Source of the DNA: Candidatus Calditenuaceae archaeon HR02
Lineage (GTDB): Archaea; Thermoproteota; Nitrososphaeria_A; Caldarchaeales; Calditenuaceae
Length of the DNA: 64,000 nt
Direction: 5' to 3'
Assembly (NCBI GenBank): GCA_002898395.1
Contig: BEHE01000004.1
Span: 1-64,000 of the forward strand
The notes below the pieces were generated by a model, which made no database searches, was not told where the DNA came from, and was given only the letters and a program-made list of their open reading frames with translations. This document shows positions 8,299-20,033 of this stretch, one piece after another; positions within the stretch are counted from its first letter, which is position 1; each line of letters opens with the position of its first letter. Position numbers and translations under genes: made by a program.

Positions 8299-9356
8299 AG
8301 CTTCTCGCAGTGGACAAGCTGAGGGGCTGGGCCAGGCTAGCTATTACTAACAACATGGATCTTGTGAACTTATATCGCCTCGTAAAACCTGGGGACGTGG
8401 TTTACCAAGAGACAAGCAGGGAGGTCAAGAAGGAGAGAGCATCAGGGGAGGTTGACAGTGAGCGTATCAGCCTCAAGGTCGGCATAACTGTCGAGAAGAA
8501 GTCAGTAGACCCACTGATGAAAAGAATCAGGTTTCAGGGAAAAATAGTCTTCACAGACAGGGACCTAAACATCCTGAAGAAATACCATACAATCCAGCTC
8601 AGTAGAGGGGATGTTATTGAGATTGAGAGTCGTGAGAGGCTTCCCTACCTTCTGAGACTTGGAGAGGAGGGTAGAGAAAGGGTGGAGGAGATGGTTGTTA
8701 TCTCAGGCGATGATGAGGAATTGGCATTGGTGAAGATAGATGTTGACGGTATTAAAGTGTTGAAGACTTGGAAGGTTGATGGAGCATTGAAGCGTCTTGT
8801 CTACAATGTGGAGATGCAGCGTGAGAAAGTGTTTGACGAGCTAGTCCATAAACTCAAGGAGCTAACCTCGAAATCTAGGCCAAAGCTGGTGCTCATGGGG
8901 ACTACTGTCCATGCAGATGTCATCGCCTCCGAGATCAGGAATCGTGACGTAGGAATTTCCAACCTAATTGTCAGAAAGATACCTGTGAGCGTTGGTGGCG
9001 TTGACGGGATCCGGGAAGCTCTCAGGCGAGGAGTTTTGGGCGAAGATCTTAAGCCCTTGGCTGACGCTATTCAAGTCGAGAGGGTGATGAGAGCTATTCT
9101 AAAGCACCCTGAACAGATTCATATTGGCTTAGAGGAGGTTGCGAGGACTTGTAGGACTTCGCGCGGAGCCCTTGTTCTCGCTACTGAGGACATTATTTGG
9201 GAGAACATGGATAATGCCCTCTTGGATGAGATTTTATCTAAGGCTGAAAAGGGAGTAATCAAGTTTAGGGCTATACTCTCGGATACAGAGGCGTCAGATA
9301 AGATAAAATCTTTGGGTGGGATAATATGTCTTGAAAAGAAAGTGCTGGAGGAGTGA
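8295..9356 (+). CDS. pelA: Pelota/Dom34 homolog (divergent)
   Basis: DLVNLYRLVKPGD, TSREVK, KYHTI and C-terminal KSLGGI; eRF1-like three-domain size. Confidence 0.85.
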   Translation: MKLLAVDKLRGWARLAITNNMDLVNLYRLVKPGDVVYQETSREVKKERASGEVDSERISLKVGITVEKKSVDPLMKRIRFQGKIVFTDRDLNILKKYHTIQLSRGDVIEIESRERLPYLLRLGEEGRERVEEMVVISGDDEELALVKIDVDGIKVLKTWKVDGALKRLVYNVEMQREKVFDELVHKLKELTSKSRPKLVLMGTTVHADVIASEIRNRDVGISNLIVRKIPVSVGGVDGIREALRRGVLGEDLKPLADAIQVERVMRAILKHPEQIHIGLEEVARTCRTSRGALVLATEDIIWENMDNALLDEILSKAEKGVIKFRAILSDTEASDKIKSLGGIICLEKKVLEE

Positions 9357-9368
9357 TTTGTTATTAGA

Positions 9369-10535
9369 CTAGTGTTGTCTCAGCTTCTCCATTGTTAGCA
9401 CCTTAACACCTGGTTTAAACGACAAATTATCTCCAAGCCTAGCACCGATTAGGTAGACCTCCCCCCCTGTCGAAGCTGCGATATCAATGAGTCTCTGCGT
9501 GACGACCCCGTCGAATAGGACGTATTTATAGTCTCTCGATTCTGAGAGCTGCTGGGCCAGCTCGCTAACCGGTTTACGCCACAGCTCGTTGAACCCGTTG
9601 TCGAAGGCAACTGACATTAACGTCCCTTCAATCTCTCCGATATACCTTGCCAGCTTGTCTGAGAACTCTGGGGGGATAGGCTCCACCACCTGCACTGGCT
9701 CGGCCTTGATCCTCCTTAATGCCTCTGCTAGGGGCTGGGCCTCCCTCAGGGCGTCTTCGACCTCCTTTGCATTGAGTTCTTCAACCTCTCTCCCATAGGG
9801 GGCTCGAGCCACTAAGTCTATCTTTATTGACTGTGCCAGCTCTCTCAGCACCATGTCTCCTCCCCTGTCGCCATCGAGGAAGGCTATGACTTTCTTCTTC
9901 TTTGCTAGGAGGTCTTGTAGCGACGGAGGTATCTTGACACCCCCAACTGCAATTACGTTTCTATAGCCGTAGCGCATTAGGTTGATTATATCGGCCCTCC
10001 CCTCCACCACTATAACCTCTTCAGAGCTCAGCACCTCCGGCCCAGCCTCAACCTTTTCCGGTCCAATCTCAACAACCTTCGCCTTCAGCACCGACTCCTC
10101 CAGCTCCTTCAGTATCTCATCATCCTCGGGAATCTTCTTCCGCTCCCACTCATAGAGAATCGCCCTCGCCCTCTCCACTATCTTCTTCCTCTTCTCAGCG
10201 CGGAGGTCCTCGATCTTCTCAATAGTGACCTTAGCTGGGTATGGTCCAACCCTGTCCAGAGACTCTATCATCGCTGCTATCAGCGCTGTGTAGAACCTGT
10301 CAAGGCCACTGGGTATGGTGATCTTACCAATTGTCTTACCGCCTTGTACCTGTATGGAGACGTCTATACGACCTATTCGCCCCGCTCTCTGCAACTCTCT
10401 CAGGTCCAGTTCCGAGCTGAATATCCCCTCAGTCTGCCCGAAAGTTGCGCCGATGACGTCATTACGATCGACGATTCCATCAACCTCGATCTTTACCTCA
10501 ATCACATATTTAGTGGCAAGAGTTGGGGTAGCCAT
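9369..10535 (-). CDS. dnaG: Archaeal DnaG-type primase / exosome-associated protein
   Basis: FGQTEG, TOPRIM VEGRADI and FLDGDRGG. The sequence shows CAT at 10533-10535 and CTA at 9369-9371, so the gene is on the minus strand; the track's + label is wrong. Confidence 0.95.
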   Translation of the reverse strand: MATPTLATKYVIEVKIEVDGIVDRNDVIGATFGQTEGIFSSELDLRELQRAGRIGRIDVSIQVQGGKTIGKITIPSGLDRFYTALIAAMIESLDRVGPYPAKVTIEKIEDLRAEKRKKIVERARAILYEWERKKIPEDDEILKELEESVLKAKVVEIGPEKVEAGPEVLSSEEVIVVEGRADIINLMRYGYRNVIAVGGVKIPPSLQDLLAKKKKVIAFLDGDRGGDMVLRELAQSIKIDLVARAPYGREVEELNAKEVEDALREAQPLAEALRRIKAEPVQVVEPIPPEFSDKLARYIGEIEGTLMSVAFDNGFNELWRKPVSELAQQLSESRDYKYVLFDGVVTQRLIDIAASTGGEVYLIGARLGDNLSFKPGVKVLTMEKLRQH

Positions 10536-10645
10536 GTTAATACACCCGTCTTTCTCTCTGCATGTATGTTTGGGAGTTGGTATTTAAATGATACCGAATA
10601 CGCAGGGTCATCATTATCTACTCGGGAGAATGGTTTTAGTGGTGA

Positions 10646-11515
10646 ATGGCCCCTCCTATCGATGAGACGAGCGCAGATTGGGTTGCGACTGTGATACCGC
10701 CTAGGAGGTCAAGCTCGCGGAAGGGGGAGAACGGCGTAGTTATTGTAGTGGGGGGGAGCCGGTTGTATCACGGTGCACCATTCCTGACAGCCATGGCCGC
10801 TATGAGGTCGGGGGTCGACCTAGTCTATCTTTTTGTACCGGAGAAGATTGCGGCGCCTATAAGAGCCCTGTCGCCAAGCCTGATCGTAAATCCTCTCACA
10901 GACGTTAAACTCACCAATAGGATTAGCGAGCAGATTATAAAGAGCTCTCCACAAGCCCACGCGGCGGCGATAGGGCCGGGCCTGTCCGTGGCTAAGGAGT
11001 CTGCACTGACAAAACTCTTGAACGGGCTCTTGAAGAAAGGCATAAGGCTCGTGCTGGACGCCTCGGCGCTTCAACCCTACATCCTCGACGCGGTAGCGGG
11101 GCAGGATGTCGTTCTCACCCCTCATGCAGGGGAGTTCGCCAGGCTCTTCGGGACTCCACCGGGAAACTCCCTAGAAGAAAGGTGCAGGGCAGCAAAGGAG
11201 ATGGCCAAGAGGCATGGTATAGTAATACTGCTGAAAGGGATGGTCGACGTCATAACGGACGGCGAGAGGCTGGTGGTGAATAGGACTGGAACCTGCGCAA
11301 TGACTGTGGGAGGAACAGGGGACGTACTTACCGGTATAGTCGCCGGCCTAGTTGCCAAGGGGGTTCCTTGTTTCGAGGCTGCATCCGCTTCAGCATATAT
11401 CAATGGACTGTGTGGAGAGATCGCTGCAACTGAGCTTGGGCTACACATTCTACCCACGGACCTCATAGAAAAGATTCCCCAGGTGATGAAGAAATTTGAC
11501 AAAATCGTCAGCTAA
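10646..11515 (+). CDS. nnrD: ADP-dependent NAD(P)H-hydrate dehydratase (YjeF C-terminal domain)
   Basis: [33 protein letters not shown]. Confidence 0.93.
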   Translation: MAPPIDETSADWVATVIPPRRSSSRKGENGVVIVVGGSRLYHGAPFLTAMAAMRSGVDLVYLFVPEKIAAPIRALSPSLIVNPLTDVKLTNRISEQIIKSSPQAHAAAIGPGLSVAKESALTKLLNGLLKKGIRLVLDASALQPYILDAVAGQDVVLTPHAGEFARLFGTPPGNSLEERCRAAKEMAKRHGIVILLKGMVDVITDGERLVVNRTGTCAMTVGGTGDVLTGIVAGLVAKGVPCFEAASASAYINGLCGEIAATELGLHILPTDLIEKIPQVMKKFDKIVS

Positions 11516-13547
11516 GCGCTTGCCTCACATTATTCTCCAGCTCCTCGAGGCTGGTTGTGGGTCGGAGGCATTTAAAGCCTCTGCAGAAGTAGTATGTGAC
11601 ACTTCCACCTACTGCCTCCTTCCCCTCCCATAGGCTCCTTAGTGTCTCTGACCGAGAGGGCGAGATGACGACGTAGGGCTCGAAGATCTTTGACGCGAGC
11701 TGGCAGAGGTGTTGCCAAGGATTATCTGTTGTGGCGACTACGAGCTGGCCTCCCGAGTTTAAAATTAATGGGATGGCTGAGATGGTTGAGATATGGCTCA
11801 GGGGGTCGTCCTGAAGCCTTTGCCAAGTTGCCTTCACTGCGTCCCGCGCGGACTGGAAAAATCTCTCATCGCCCGTTAAAAGGTAGAGCTGGGCGAGGAG
11901 CTGGACTGCCGCAGCGTATCCGCTAGGGTATGCGTGGTCCTCTATCGATACTGGTCTGATGGGTATGTCCGGAACTGGGGGCGTGTCATAGAATCCTCCA
12001 GACTGGGAGGAAAACTTTTCCAGAATATCGTCAGCGAGACTTAAGGATACGTCGAGATATTTGGTATCTCCTGTCCACTGGTATAGGTCTAGGAGACCGC
12101 ATCCCAGCAGAGCGTAATCCTCGAGGAGCCCCCGAGCCTCGGCGGGGCCATCCCTCCAGTACCTCCTCAACTCTCCATCAAAGTAGAGTTCCTTCAGGAT
12201 GAAGTCAGCGGCACCTATCGCCACATTTGACAGTGTCTGGTCTGCTGTAGCTGCCGCGGCGTAGGAAAGTCCGCTCAAGAGGATGCCGTTCCACGATGTA
12301 ATGACCTTGTCGTCCACAGCAGGTTTTTGCTTCACCCTCCTATGCTCCCCGAGTCTCTGTCTGATGTAGTCTAGGGCCTTGAAGAGATCCATGCCTAGGG
12401 CCTCTGAGAGTTTTTCGGGGATGGAGGGCAGCCTAACTACGTTCAGGCCCTTCCCAAAGTTTCCCACAGGGGTGCATCCAAGCATCCTGGCCACCTCTTC
12501 GCCCAGAGACCCTGCAACTTCATCCCAACTATACAGGTAGTATCCACCCTCAACGCCCCCGCTCTCGGCATCCAGAGCAGAGTAGAAGCCGCCGCCGGGG
12601 GACCTTAGCTCTGAGATAAGCCAGCGAGAAGTATCCCTAACAACGTATAGATATAGAGGTTTTTTAGTGACCGCCCAAGCCTCAGCATAGAGTCTAATTA
12701 GCATTCCGTTGTCGTAGAGCATCTTTTCGAAATGGGGTATTGTCCATGCCCTATCGACGGCGTATCTGTGAAATCCTCCCCCCACATGGTCATATACTCC
12801 GCCGAGGAAAATTGAGTCCAATGTCTTCTCCACCATCCTAAGGGCCATTGATACGCCCTTCAGCTTCCAGTAGCGGAGTAGGAACAGTTGGCTGGTGGGC
12901 ATCGGGAATTTTGGAGTACCCCGTATTCCGCCGAACTCTTCGTCAAAGAGTAGGACAAGCTGGTCATATGCTACGTCGATGGCATCCATGTTCATATCCG
13001 TCTCGCCTTCAGCCCGGATTGAGAGAGATCTGGAGACAAGCTCAAAGAGGCTACTACCGCTGTTCAGGACCTCTGACCTCCTCTTTTCCCACGCCTCCCT
13101 CACCGCCAAGAGCACATCCTTTAAGCTTGGAAGATTATGTCGCGGCTCCGGTGGGAAGTAGGTGCCGCCGAAGAAGGGCTTTAGGTCTGGGGTAATAAAG
13201 ACGGTAAGCGGCCAGCCTCCCTGACCCGTCATTAATATTACAGCCCTCATATAGATGGCGTCGATATCCGGCCTCTCCTCCCTATCCACCTTGACTGGCA
13301 CGAAATACTTGTTTAAGATATCGCTAATGATAGGGTTCTTAAACGACTCCCTCTGCATCACATGGCACCAGTGGCAGGAGAGATATCCAATGCTTAGGAA
13401 GATAGGTTTATCCTCCTCTCTCGCCTTCCGGAAGGCCTCTTCCCCCCATGGATACCAGTCAACCGGGTCTTCAGCGTGGAGCTGCAGATAAGGGCTCTTA
13501 CTACCTGCCAGCCTGTTGACCCTGCGCCTACCAGAATCTCCAGACAA
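11508..13547 (-). CDS. Thioredoxin-domain / alpha-alpha toroid protein (YyaL/SPATA20 family)
   Basis: [31 protein letters not shown]. Confidence 0.93.
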   Translation of the reverse strand: MSGDSGRRRVNRLAGSKSPYLQLHAEDPVDWYPWGEEAFRKAREEDKPIFLSIGYLSCHWCHVMQRESFKNPIISDILNKYFVPVKVDREERPDIDAIYMRAVILMTGQGGWPLTVFITPDLKPFFGGTYFPPEPRHNLPSLKDVLLAVREAWEKRRSEVLNSGSSLFELVSRSLSIRAEGETDMNMDAIDVAYDQLVLLFDEEFGGIRGTPKFPMPTSQLFLLRYWKLKGVSMALRMVEKTLDSIFLGGVYDHVGGGFHRYAVDRAWTIPHFEKMLYDNGMLIRLYAEAWAVTKKPLYLYVVRDTSRWLISELRSPGGGFYSALDAESGGVEGGYYLYSWDEVAGSLGEEVARMLGCTPVGNFGKGLNVVRLPSIPEKLSEALGMDLFKALDYIRQRLGEHRRVKQKPAVDDKVITSWNGILLSGLSYAAAATADQTLSNVAIGAADFILKELYFDGELRRYWRDGPAEARGLLEDYALLGCGLLDLYQWTGDTKYLDVSLSLADDILEKFSSQSGGFYDTPPVPDIPIRPVSIEDHAYPSGYAAAVQLLAQLYLLTGDERFFQSARDAVKATWQRLQDDPLSHISTISAIPLILNSGGQLVVATTDNPWQHLCQLASKIFEPYVVISPSRSETLRSLWEGKEAVGGSVTYYFCRGFKCLRPTTSLEELENNVRQALS

Positions 13548-13614
13548 TCCACTGCAGTATCTCCATCATAACTTATTAAACTCTCCAGAACTAAATACAA
13601 TTAGGTAGCATAGG

Positions 13615-14163
13615 TTGATGGAGATAAACGGATACGTTTCAGGGATAAGGCCGAGGAGGGCGGGCAAGACATTCGTCATCGAGGTCTCCATATCTACTCT
13701 CTCAGGCGAGAGTTATGAGGCTGTGCTCCACGACCCTCCCGACTGGCTAGAGATAGGTTCTAAAATAGCATGTAAGATTGAGAAGATACCCGGCAGGCAA
13801 GGCGCAACTCTGGTGGTCTCAGAGCTGAAACCCTCTCTGTCTTTACCGGACATAGCCCAGATTGAGCTATCTGTGGAGTCTGTCAGCGAGACGCCTGATG
13901 GTAGCCTGATGGTGGAGGGGAGAAAGGAGGGTGGGGGCTTCTTCAGTTACCTTTTGAGACCTGAGAACGCTACCATTGATGTATCGGACCTTCCATGCAG
14001 GGCCATAGCTCTAAAGACACTGCAGCTGGGTGTCGACCAGGTTATAGCGATTGTACCGGTCAAAAACCTCCAGATCATGAGGAGGGCTAAAGAGTTTATA
14101 GTGCAGCTCAAGAAGGAGGAGGAGAGTAGACCAGAGTTAGAGTTCCTTCCAGGGCCCCCATAA
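13615..14163 (+). CDS. Hypothetical protein (beta-rich, possibly tandem OB-like folds)
   Basis: 182-aa ORF with host-like codon use; no recognised motif. Confidence 0.6.
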   Translation: MMEINGYVSGIRPRRAGKTFVIEVSISTLSGESYEAVLHDPPDWLEIGSKIACKIEKIPGRQGATLVVSELKPSLSLPDIAQIELSVESVSETPDGSLMVEGRKEGGGFFSYLLRPENATIDVSDLPCRAIALKTLQLGVDQVIAIVPVKNLQIMRRAKEFIVQLKKEEESRPELEFLPGPP

Positions 14164-14216
14164 CAGACATTTGATGAATTGATAGGTTTTAGTAATACTA
14201 AGGAGATAGTCCCCGC

Positions 14217-14540
14217 GTGTTAGTGCGAGTATGTAGCTTGAAAGAGGTCCCGGAGGGCGAGATGATAAGGGTGGACCTTGGGGGTAAGGAGGTTTTAGTG
14301 GCTAGGGTAGGAGAGAGGGTTTACGTGACTGATGTCTGGTGCACGCATGAGGAGGGCGACCTCAGCTTGGGACTCCTAGAGGGTGACGTTGTTAGGTGTC
14401 CACTTCACGGAGCTAGGTTTAGGATTGCCGACGGCTCGGTGGTTGAAGGGCCGGAGGGGGAGCCGCCAGAGGCCATACCCAGTCTCAAAACCTACAGAGT
14501 AAAAGTACTGGGAGATGAAGTCTATATTGAGGAGGAGTGA
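14217..14540 (+). CDS. Rieske [2Fe-2S] ferredoxin
   Basis: CTHE...CPLHG ligand motifs. Confidence 0.93.
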   Translation: MLVRVCSLKEVPEGEMIRVDLGGKEVLVARVGERVYVTDVWCTHEEGDLSLGLLEGDVVRCPLHGARFRIADGSVVEGPEGEPPEAIPSLKTYRVKVLGDEVYIEEE

Positions 14541-14616
14541 AGCTCGTAACTCGCTCTAAATATGAAGCATGCCGGGCCAAGGAAAAGCTATAATAACAGC
14601 AAACTCTATTTTCTAT

Positions 14617-16239
14617 GTGCCGAAATACATCTTCGTCACGGGGGGCGTCATATCCTCCGTCGGGAAAGGAACGGTCGCAGCTTCCATCGGGAAGATACTC
14701 CAGTCCCGTGGATATAGTGTGGATTTTCTGAAGATAGATCCCTATGTTAACGTAGATGCTGGGACGCTGAACCCCTACAGTCACGGAGAAGTCTTCGTGA
14801 CAGATGATGGCGGCGAGACAGACTTAGACCTTGGGTGGTATGAGAGATTCCTCGATGTTCCCATGAGTAAGTTAAACAACCTTACCACTGGACAGGTTTT
14901 CCAGGAGGTAATTCGTAGGGAGCGTGCCGGTGAGTACCTTGGCCAGTGTGTACAGATTGTTACTCACGTAACAGATGAGATTAAGCGGAGAGTAAGACTG
15001 GTCGCCGAGAGGAGGGGGGCTGATATAATAATAGTGGAGATTGGTGGGACTGTTGGGGACATCGAGGCTCAGCCGTTTTACGAGGCCGCCAGGCAGATGA
15101 AACTGGAGGAAGAGACACTCTTTGTGCATGTCTCGCTCGTCATATACCTCGAGACTACTGGCGAATTTAAAACCAAAGCGCTCCAGCACAGTGTAAACGA
15201 GCTAAGGAGAGCAGGTATTCAACCCGACATAATAGTGGCTAGAAGTCAGAGGGTCATAGATGAGGCTACTAGAAGGAAGATCGCGCTCTTCGGCACCCTC
15301 CCCAAGGAAGCAGTATTTTGCTCATATGACACCGATGTAATTTATGAAGTGCCTCTCATATTAGACCAACAGGGGCTAGGAGATTTTATTGTAAAACACC
15401 TCTCCTTGAGGAGTGTTGAGCCTGATCTGGCCGAGTGGCGCAGGATAGTTGAGAGCTTCAAGTCAACTGGGCCACTAGTGAAGATAGCAGTATGCGGCAA
15501 ATACACGGCTCTGACTGACTCATACATCAGCATCAAGGAGGCCCTCAAACATGCGTCTGCCTACCATAATGCGAAGCTGGAGATCCTCTGGGTTGATGCT
15601 GAGAAGGTTGAGCGCGATAGCATCGAGGAGATCTCCAAGCTCGAAGAGGCGCATGGAATACTTGTGCCTGGAGGTTTCGGTAGGCGCGGGTCTGAGGGCA
15701 AGATAATTGCGATAAACCTAGCTAGGAGTCAGGATAAGCCATTCCTAGGGATTTGTTTTGGCCTACAGATGGCCGTTGTCGAGTTCGCTAGAAACGTGTT
15801 AGGGCTGAAGGGAGCCAATTCGACAGAGCATGATCAAGATACGCCGCACCCTGTTATCGACCTCATGCCCGAGCAGCGCCAAACGGAGCAGAAGGGTGGG
15901 ACCATGCGCCTCGGCGCACTTCCAGTAGTCATCAAGAAGGGGACGCTGGCATACAAGCTATATGAGTCGGAGCTAATATATCAAAGGCATCGGCACAGAT
16001 ACGAGGTAAATCCCGCATATCACCAGAAACTAACAGAGGCTGGGCTCGTATTCTCCGGTCTCTCCCCAGACAATAAGCGGGTCGAAATAATAGAAATCCC
16101 TCATAAGAAATACTTTTTGGCCACGCAGTACCATCCAGAGTTTAAATCGCGTCCAGGGAAACCGGAGCCTGTTTTCCGTGGACTGATCGCCGCGGCGCTG
16201 GCTGAGGTTAAAATTAGGGACGTGCAAGTCAAGGTTTAA
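14617..16239 (+). CDS. pyrG: CTP synthase
   Basis: [29 protein letters not shown]; start placed at GTG 14617. Confidence 0.98.
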   Translation: MPKYIFVTGGVISSVGKGTVAASIGKILQSRGYSVDFLKIDPYVNVDAGTLNPYSHGEVFVTDDGGETDLDLGWYERFLDVPMSKLNNLTTGQVFQEVIRRERAGEYLGQCVQIVTHVTDEIKRRVRLVAERRGADIIIVEIGGTVGDIEAQPFYEAARQMKLEEETLFVHVSLVIYLETTGEFKTKALQHSVNELRRAGIQPDIIVARSQRVIDEATRRKIALFGTLPKEAVFCSYDTDVIYEVPLILDQQGLGDFIVKHLSLRSVEPDLAEWRRIVESFKSTGPLVKIAVCGKYTALTDSYISIKEALKHASAYHNAKLEILWVDAEKVERDSIEEISKLEEAHGILVPGGFGRRGSEGKIIAINLARSQDKPFLGICFGLQMAVVEFARNVLGLKGANSTEHDQDTPHPVIDLMPEQRQTEQKGGTMRLGALPVVIKKGTLAYKLYESELIYQRHRHRYEVNPAYHQKLTEAGLVFSGLSPDNKRVEIIEIPHKKYFLATQYHPEFKSRPGKPEPVFRGLIAAALAEVKIRDVQVKV

Positions 16240-16970
16240 TGAGTGGTGTAATCCTCGTCGACGCACACTGCCATGTCCATGAGTATGGCGATGACGAGAT
16301 TAAGAGTTTCGGGAATATTAGGATCGCAGGTGTAGCAATGGACTTGGAGTCGTCTGGGGCTACCCTCGATTTAGCGAAAAGGTTTAGGAATATTGACCCT
16401 TTCGTAGGGCTGCACCCATGGAACCTTCACAAGAACTTGGATGAGCTTGAAAAAATAAAGAGGCTTGCGGTTTCAGGCGGGGTGTCAGGCCTAGGCGAAG
16501 TAGGCGTCGACTTAAGATTCGCCAGAACACCTTTCAAGGAGCAGTTAAAGGTTTTCACCGAAATATGCGAGCTGGCCTCTGAGAACGGGCTCCCATTAAA
16601 CGTCCATGCCCTAGGGGGATGGGATTCGGTCGTGAAGACTTGCATAAAGCTTGGCGTGAAGTCGCTTCTCCTACACTGGTATACCGGGCCGCTCGAGCTC
16701 CTCAAGGAGATCAGGGATGCGAGTTACTTCATCTCGATCAATCCCGCTGTGACTATCCAGCAGAAGCACATGCAGATTCTCCGAGAAGCCGATATGGACA
16801 TTATCCTGACTGAGAGTGATGGCCCCTACGTCTATAGAGGACTAGAACTGACCCCTAGAAGCCTGCCTGGGCTCCTAAACACTATCGCACATGTCAAGGG
16901 GCTAACTGTGGCAGAAGCGGCTAGCCAAATTTATGAGAACTACCTAAGATTTCTCGGCGCCTCTAGATGA
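16239..16970 (+). CDS. tatD: TatD-family nuclease
   Basis: DAHCH, GLHPW, GEVGVD, TESDGP. Confidence 0.92.
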   Translation: MSGVILVDAHCHVHEYGDDEIKSFGNIRIAGVAMDLESSGATLDLAKRFRNIDPFVGLHPWNLHKNLDELEKIKRLAVSGGVSGLGEVGVDLRFARTPFKEQLKVFTEICELASENGLPLNVHALGGWDSVVKTCIKLGVKSLLLHWYTGPLELLKEIRDASYFISINPAVTIQQKHMQILREADMDIILTESDGPYVYRGLELTPRSLPGLLNTIAHVKGLTVAEAASQIYENYLRFLGASR

Positions 16971-17861
16971 CCTCGACACAATATGGTTTGCCAAGTCCTC
17001 CAATACCTTGATAACCGCCTGAGTCCCTAGCGCTCCCTCCCCCTTGCCGGCTAGTGATTTGAAGAGCTGGTGCATTAGGGCTGTGCCTAGAAGTGGGAGG
17101 TTATACTCCTGCCCCATCTCGAGAGCTATGCGGAGGTCTTTCATCAGATGCTCTGCCTTGAACCCTGGTCTAAAATCTCTATTAACTATTGCGGGTCCGA
17201 GGTGGGCTAGCTGCCAGGAGGCACCCGCTCCAGACGATATGACCTCTATCACTTTATCAAGATCTAGGCCTGCTTTTGAGGCTAGTAGGATGGCCTCGCA
17301 AGCTCCGAGAAGGGAGAGTGCAACTGATATCTGGTTGCAAATCTTCGTCATCTGCCCTGAGCCGCTTGGACCCATGTAGACAATCCTCTGGCCGAGGACC
17401 CTTAGTATCGGCTCGGCTTTCTTAAAGATCTCGTGGTCTCCACCGACCATTATGGCGAGTGTTCCCTGCTCTGCGCCTATTGTCCCCCCAGTTACAGGTG
17501 CGTCAAGATACCCTACTCCCCTCTGCTTTAAAAACTCGTGTATCTCCCTCTCAACAGCCGGCGAGATTGTTGACATGTCTATTACTATTGAGCCGGGTCT
17601 GGCTCCATGAATAACTCCCCTTTCACCCAGCATCACCTGCCTCACATCCCTGGAGTCGGGTAACATCAGGATCGTGTAGTCGGACTTAGCCGCAGCCTCC
17701 TCGGGAGACCCCGCCGCTTCTGCTCCGTGTCTGGCGAGCTCCTCGACCGGCCCCTTACTCCTGTTAAACACCCTCAGCTCATGTCCCGCGGCTAACAGCC
17801 GCTTGGCCATAGGCCTCCCCATCAAACCTAAGCCAATGAAACCTATTCTGGCCACAGGCAT
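16944..17861 (-). CDS. NAD(P)-dependent beta-hydroxyacid dehydrogenase (2-hydroxy-3-oxopropionate reductase / 3-hydroxyisobutyrate dehydrogenase family)
   Basis: [21 protein letters not shown]; start placed at ATG 17861. Confidence 0.92.
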   Translation of the reverse strand: MPVARIGFIGLGLMGRPMAKRLLAAGHELRVFNRSKGPVEELARHGAEAAGSPEEAAAKSDYTILMLPDSRDVRQVMLGERGVIHGARPGSIVIDMSTISPAVEREIHEFLKQRGVGYLDAPVTGGTIGAEQGTLAIMVGGDHEIFKKAEPILRVLGQRIVYMGPSGSGQMTKICNQISVALSLLGACEAILLASKAGLDLDKVIEVISSGAGASWQLAHLGPAIVNRDFRPGFKAEHLMKDLRIALEMGQEYNLPLLGTALMHQLFKSLAGKGEGALGTQAVIKVLEDLANHIVSRSSRGAEKS

Positions 17862-17902
17862 CGAGGTATAGCCAAGACTATTAATATATCGCATGTGGGA
17901 AT

Positions 17903-18457
17903 ATGTTAAGTGTCTTGGGTGTAAAGACGTTTGCGAGCTCGATTAGCTCATGGCTAGGCCGTGTAGAGGTCGCAGCAACTGAGGATAGCCTGCTCTTTGT
18001 CGGCGTGGGAAGTGGGAGGGCGGCGAAATTTTTGCGAGCTCTAGGGCTTCACCCCCCCTCTGAGGGGGGTAGCGAGCTGATCGGCGAGGCGGTGGCGCAG
18101 CTTATCGAGTATTTTGAAGGTAGACGCAGGTCCTTTAGTCTGCCCGTCAATTTCTTAGGGACTGATTTTCAAGTCAGAGTTTGGGAGAAGACTATGGAGA
18201 TCCCCTACGGCTCTACGCGGAGTTATTCCTGGGTTGCGAGAAGGGTCGGCTGTGCCTCACCAAGGCCTGTTGGAAGGGCCCTCTCAGCAAACCACCTCAT
18301 GCTGATTGTCCCCTGTCATAGGGTTGTAGAGGCTCACGGAGGCCTCGGAGGGTTCTCAGCAGGTCTAGCCCTGAAGAAGAAGCTTTTACAGCACGAGGCA
18401 AGGCACACGGGGAGGGCTGCGATAAAACTAAATCCGCCTCGATGCGCTGAAGGATAG
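17903..18457 (+). CDS. ogt: Methylated-DNA--protein-cysteine methyltransferase
   Basis: GTDFQVRVW, IPYG, VPCHRVV active site. Confidence 0.95.
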   Translation: MLSVLGVKTFASSISSWLGRVEVAATEDSLLFVGVGSGRAAKFLRALGLHPPSEGGSELIGEAVAQLIEYFEGRRRSFSLPVNFLGTDFQVRVWEKTMEIPYGSTRSYSWVARRVGCASPRPVGRALSANHLMLIVPCHRVVEAHGGLGGFSAGLALKKKLLQHEARHTGRAAIKLNPPRCAEG

Positions 18458-18458
18458 A

Positions 18459-20033
18459 GTGTCGAAACACGTCAAGCTCCCGCCCAGTGAAGGACAGCAT
18501 ATCGAGTTTAAGGAGAGGCTCATCCCGCTCGTGCATTTGAAGCCCGAGAGGAGGCAGCAACTGAGCACCCAGCTCAAGTCGCACCTATTGGAAGGGGGCG
18601 GCGTGGCGGTCTATCTGATAGGAGTAAACGACGATGGTGTAGTCGTAGGGTTGAATGAGTATGATTTGGAGATGAGCCTCTCGGTTCTTGCCACGGTGGT
18701 GGCGGAGAGCGGAGCCAGGATTAGGCGGGTTGAGCGGTTTGAGACTGAGAAGGGCCTAATAGCAAGGGTCGTGATAGAGTCCCTCCCCACCACCGCTAAG
18801 CCACACATCACTGTGGCAGTGGCGGGGCATGTCAACCACGGCAAGTCGACACTCATCGCCTGCCTCCTAACAAACCAGCCCGACGACGGCAAAAAATGGC
18901 TATACCTAGACACACTGCCCCACGAGGTTGAGAGGAACCTCTCCGCCGATATCCACCTCGCAGTGCTGGGCTTCAAGGAAGGCAAGCCGCTGACCATGAG
19001 TAACCCGCTGGACAAGATGGAGCGGGCGAGAATAGTGGAAGAGGGAGAGAAGCTCATCAACTTTGTGGATACGGTGGGGCATGAGCCTTGGCTGAGGACA
19101 ACCATCAGGGGACTGGTGGGACAAGAGGTGGACTACGGAATACTTGTCGTGGCAGCAGATGACGGAGTCACACACCTTACGCGCGAACACTTAGGCATCA
19201 TGCTAGGCCTAGGCATCCCAGTAATAGTGTGCGTTACGAAGAAGGATAAGGTGGCTCAGAGCAGGGTAGGGGAGGTTAGGGAGGGGGTCACCCAGCTTCT
19301 CAAGAGGGTGGGTCGGGTCCCATTCCTCATCCGGGAGCCATCAGACATTGACATAGTATACGACAAGACCGGGGTGGTAGTGCCCATACTTGAGGTCTCT
19401 TCGAGGACATTGGAGGGGTTCGAGAGCTTATATAGGCTTTTGGCCCTGTTGCCACAGCGAGAGAAGCCCCTAGACAAGCCATTCCTACTCTATATAGATA
19501 GAATCTACGATATTGAGGGGGTGGGGAGCGTAGTCTCGGGCACGGTTAGACAGGGGAGACTGAAAGCAGGTGCTGAGCTCCTCCTCGGCCCTTACCCTGA
19601 CGGCGGGTTCAAGCGGGTAAAGGTGCGGAGCATAGAGATACACAACACTCGAGTAGAGGAGGCTGTCGCAGGCTATGTCGTCGGGATCGCGATCAGGGGA
19701 GTCTCCCACGACGAGATTCGCAGGGGGATGGTCCTGTGCGATGAGGAGCTCTCACCCCAGGCGGTCTGGAGCTTTGCAGCTGAGGTCTTAGTCCTCAACA
19801 ACCCTAGCAGGTTCGCCCCAGGCTATGAGCCAGTCATGCAGTGCCACACAATCTCACAGAGTGTGAGAATCGTGGAACTTGATAGGGAGTATGTGAAGCC
19901 TGGAGAGCAGGGAAATGCTGTGCTCGAGTTCAAATACAGTCCGATGCTGGTTTACCCGCAGGACAGGTTTGTCCTGAGGGAGGGCCGGACCAAGGGGATA
20001 GGAGTAATCAAGAGAATAATCAGGTATGCTTAA
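18459..20033 (+). CDS. Translational GTPase of the GTPBP1/2 family with N-terminal AlbA/Schlafen-like domain
   Basis: IEFKE...AVYLIGVNDDG, followed by GHVNHGKST, DTVGHE, TKKD and EF-Tu-like domains II/III. Confidence 0.9.
   Translation: MSKHVKLPPSEGQHIEFKERLIPLVHLKPERRQQLSTQLKSHLLEGGGVAVYLIGVNDDGVVVGLNEYDLEMSLSVLATVVAESGARIRRVERFETEKGLIARVVIESLPTTAKPHITVAVAGHVNHGKSTLIACLLTNQPDDGKKWLYLDTLPHEVERNLSADIHLAVLGFKEGKPLTMSNPLDKMERARIVEEGEKLINFVDTVGHEPWLRTTIRGLVGQEVDYGILVVAADDGVTHLTREHLGIMLGLGIPVIVCVTKKDKVAQSRVGEVREGVTQLLKRVGRVPFLIREPSDIDIVYDKTGVVVPILEVSSRTLEGFESLYRLLALLPQREKPLDKPFLLYIDRIYDIEGVGSVVSGTVRQGRLKAGAELLLGPYPDGGFKRVKVRSIEIHNTRVEEAVAGYVVGIAIRGVSHDEIRRGMVLCDEELSPQAVWSFAAEVLVLNNPSRFAPGYEPVMQCHTISQSVRIVELDREYVKPGEQGNAVLEFKYSPMLVYPQDRFVLREGRTKGIGVIKRIIRYA

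Noticed and set aside
9369-10535. ORF track lists the DnaG protein on the + strand
   Set aside because: The protein is the reverse complement (CAT at 10533-10535, CTA at 9369-9371); the gene is on the minus strand. This is a track error, not biology.
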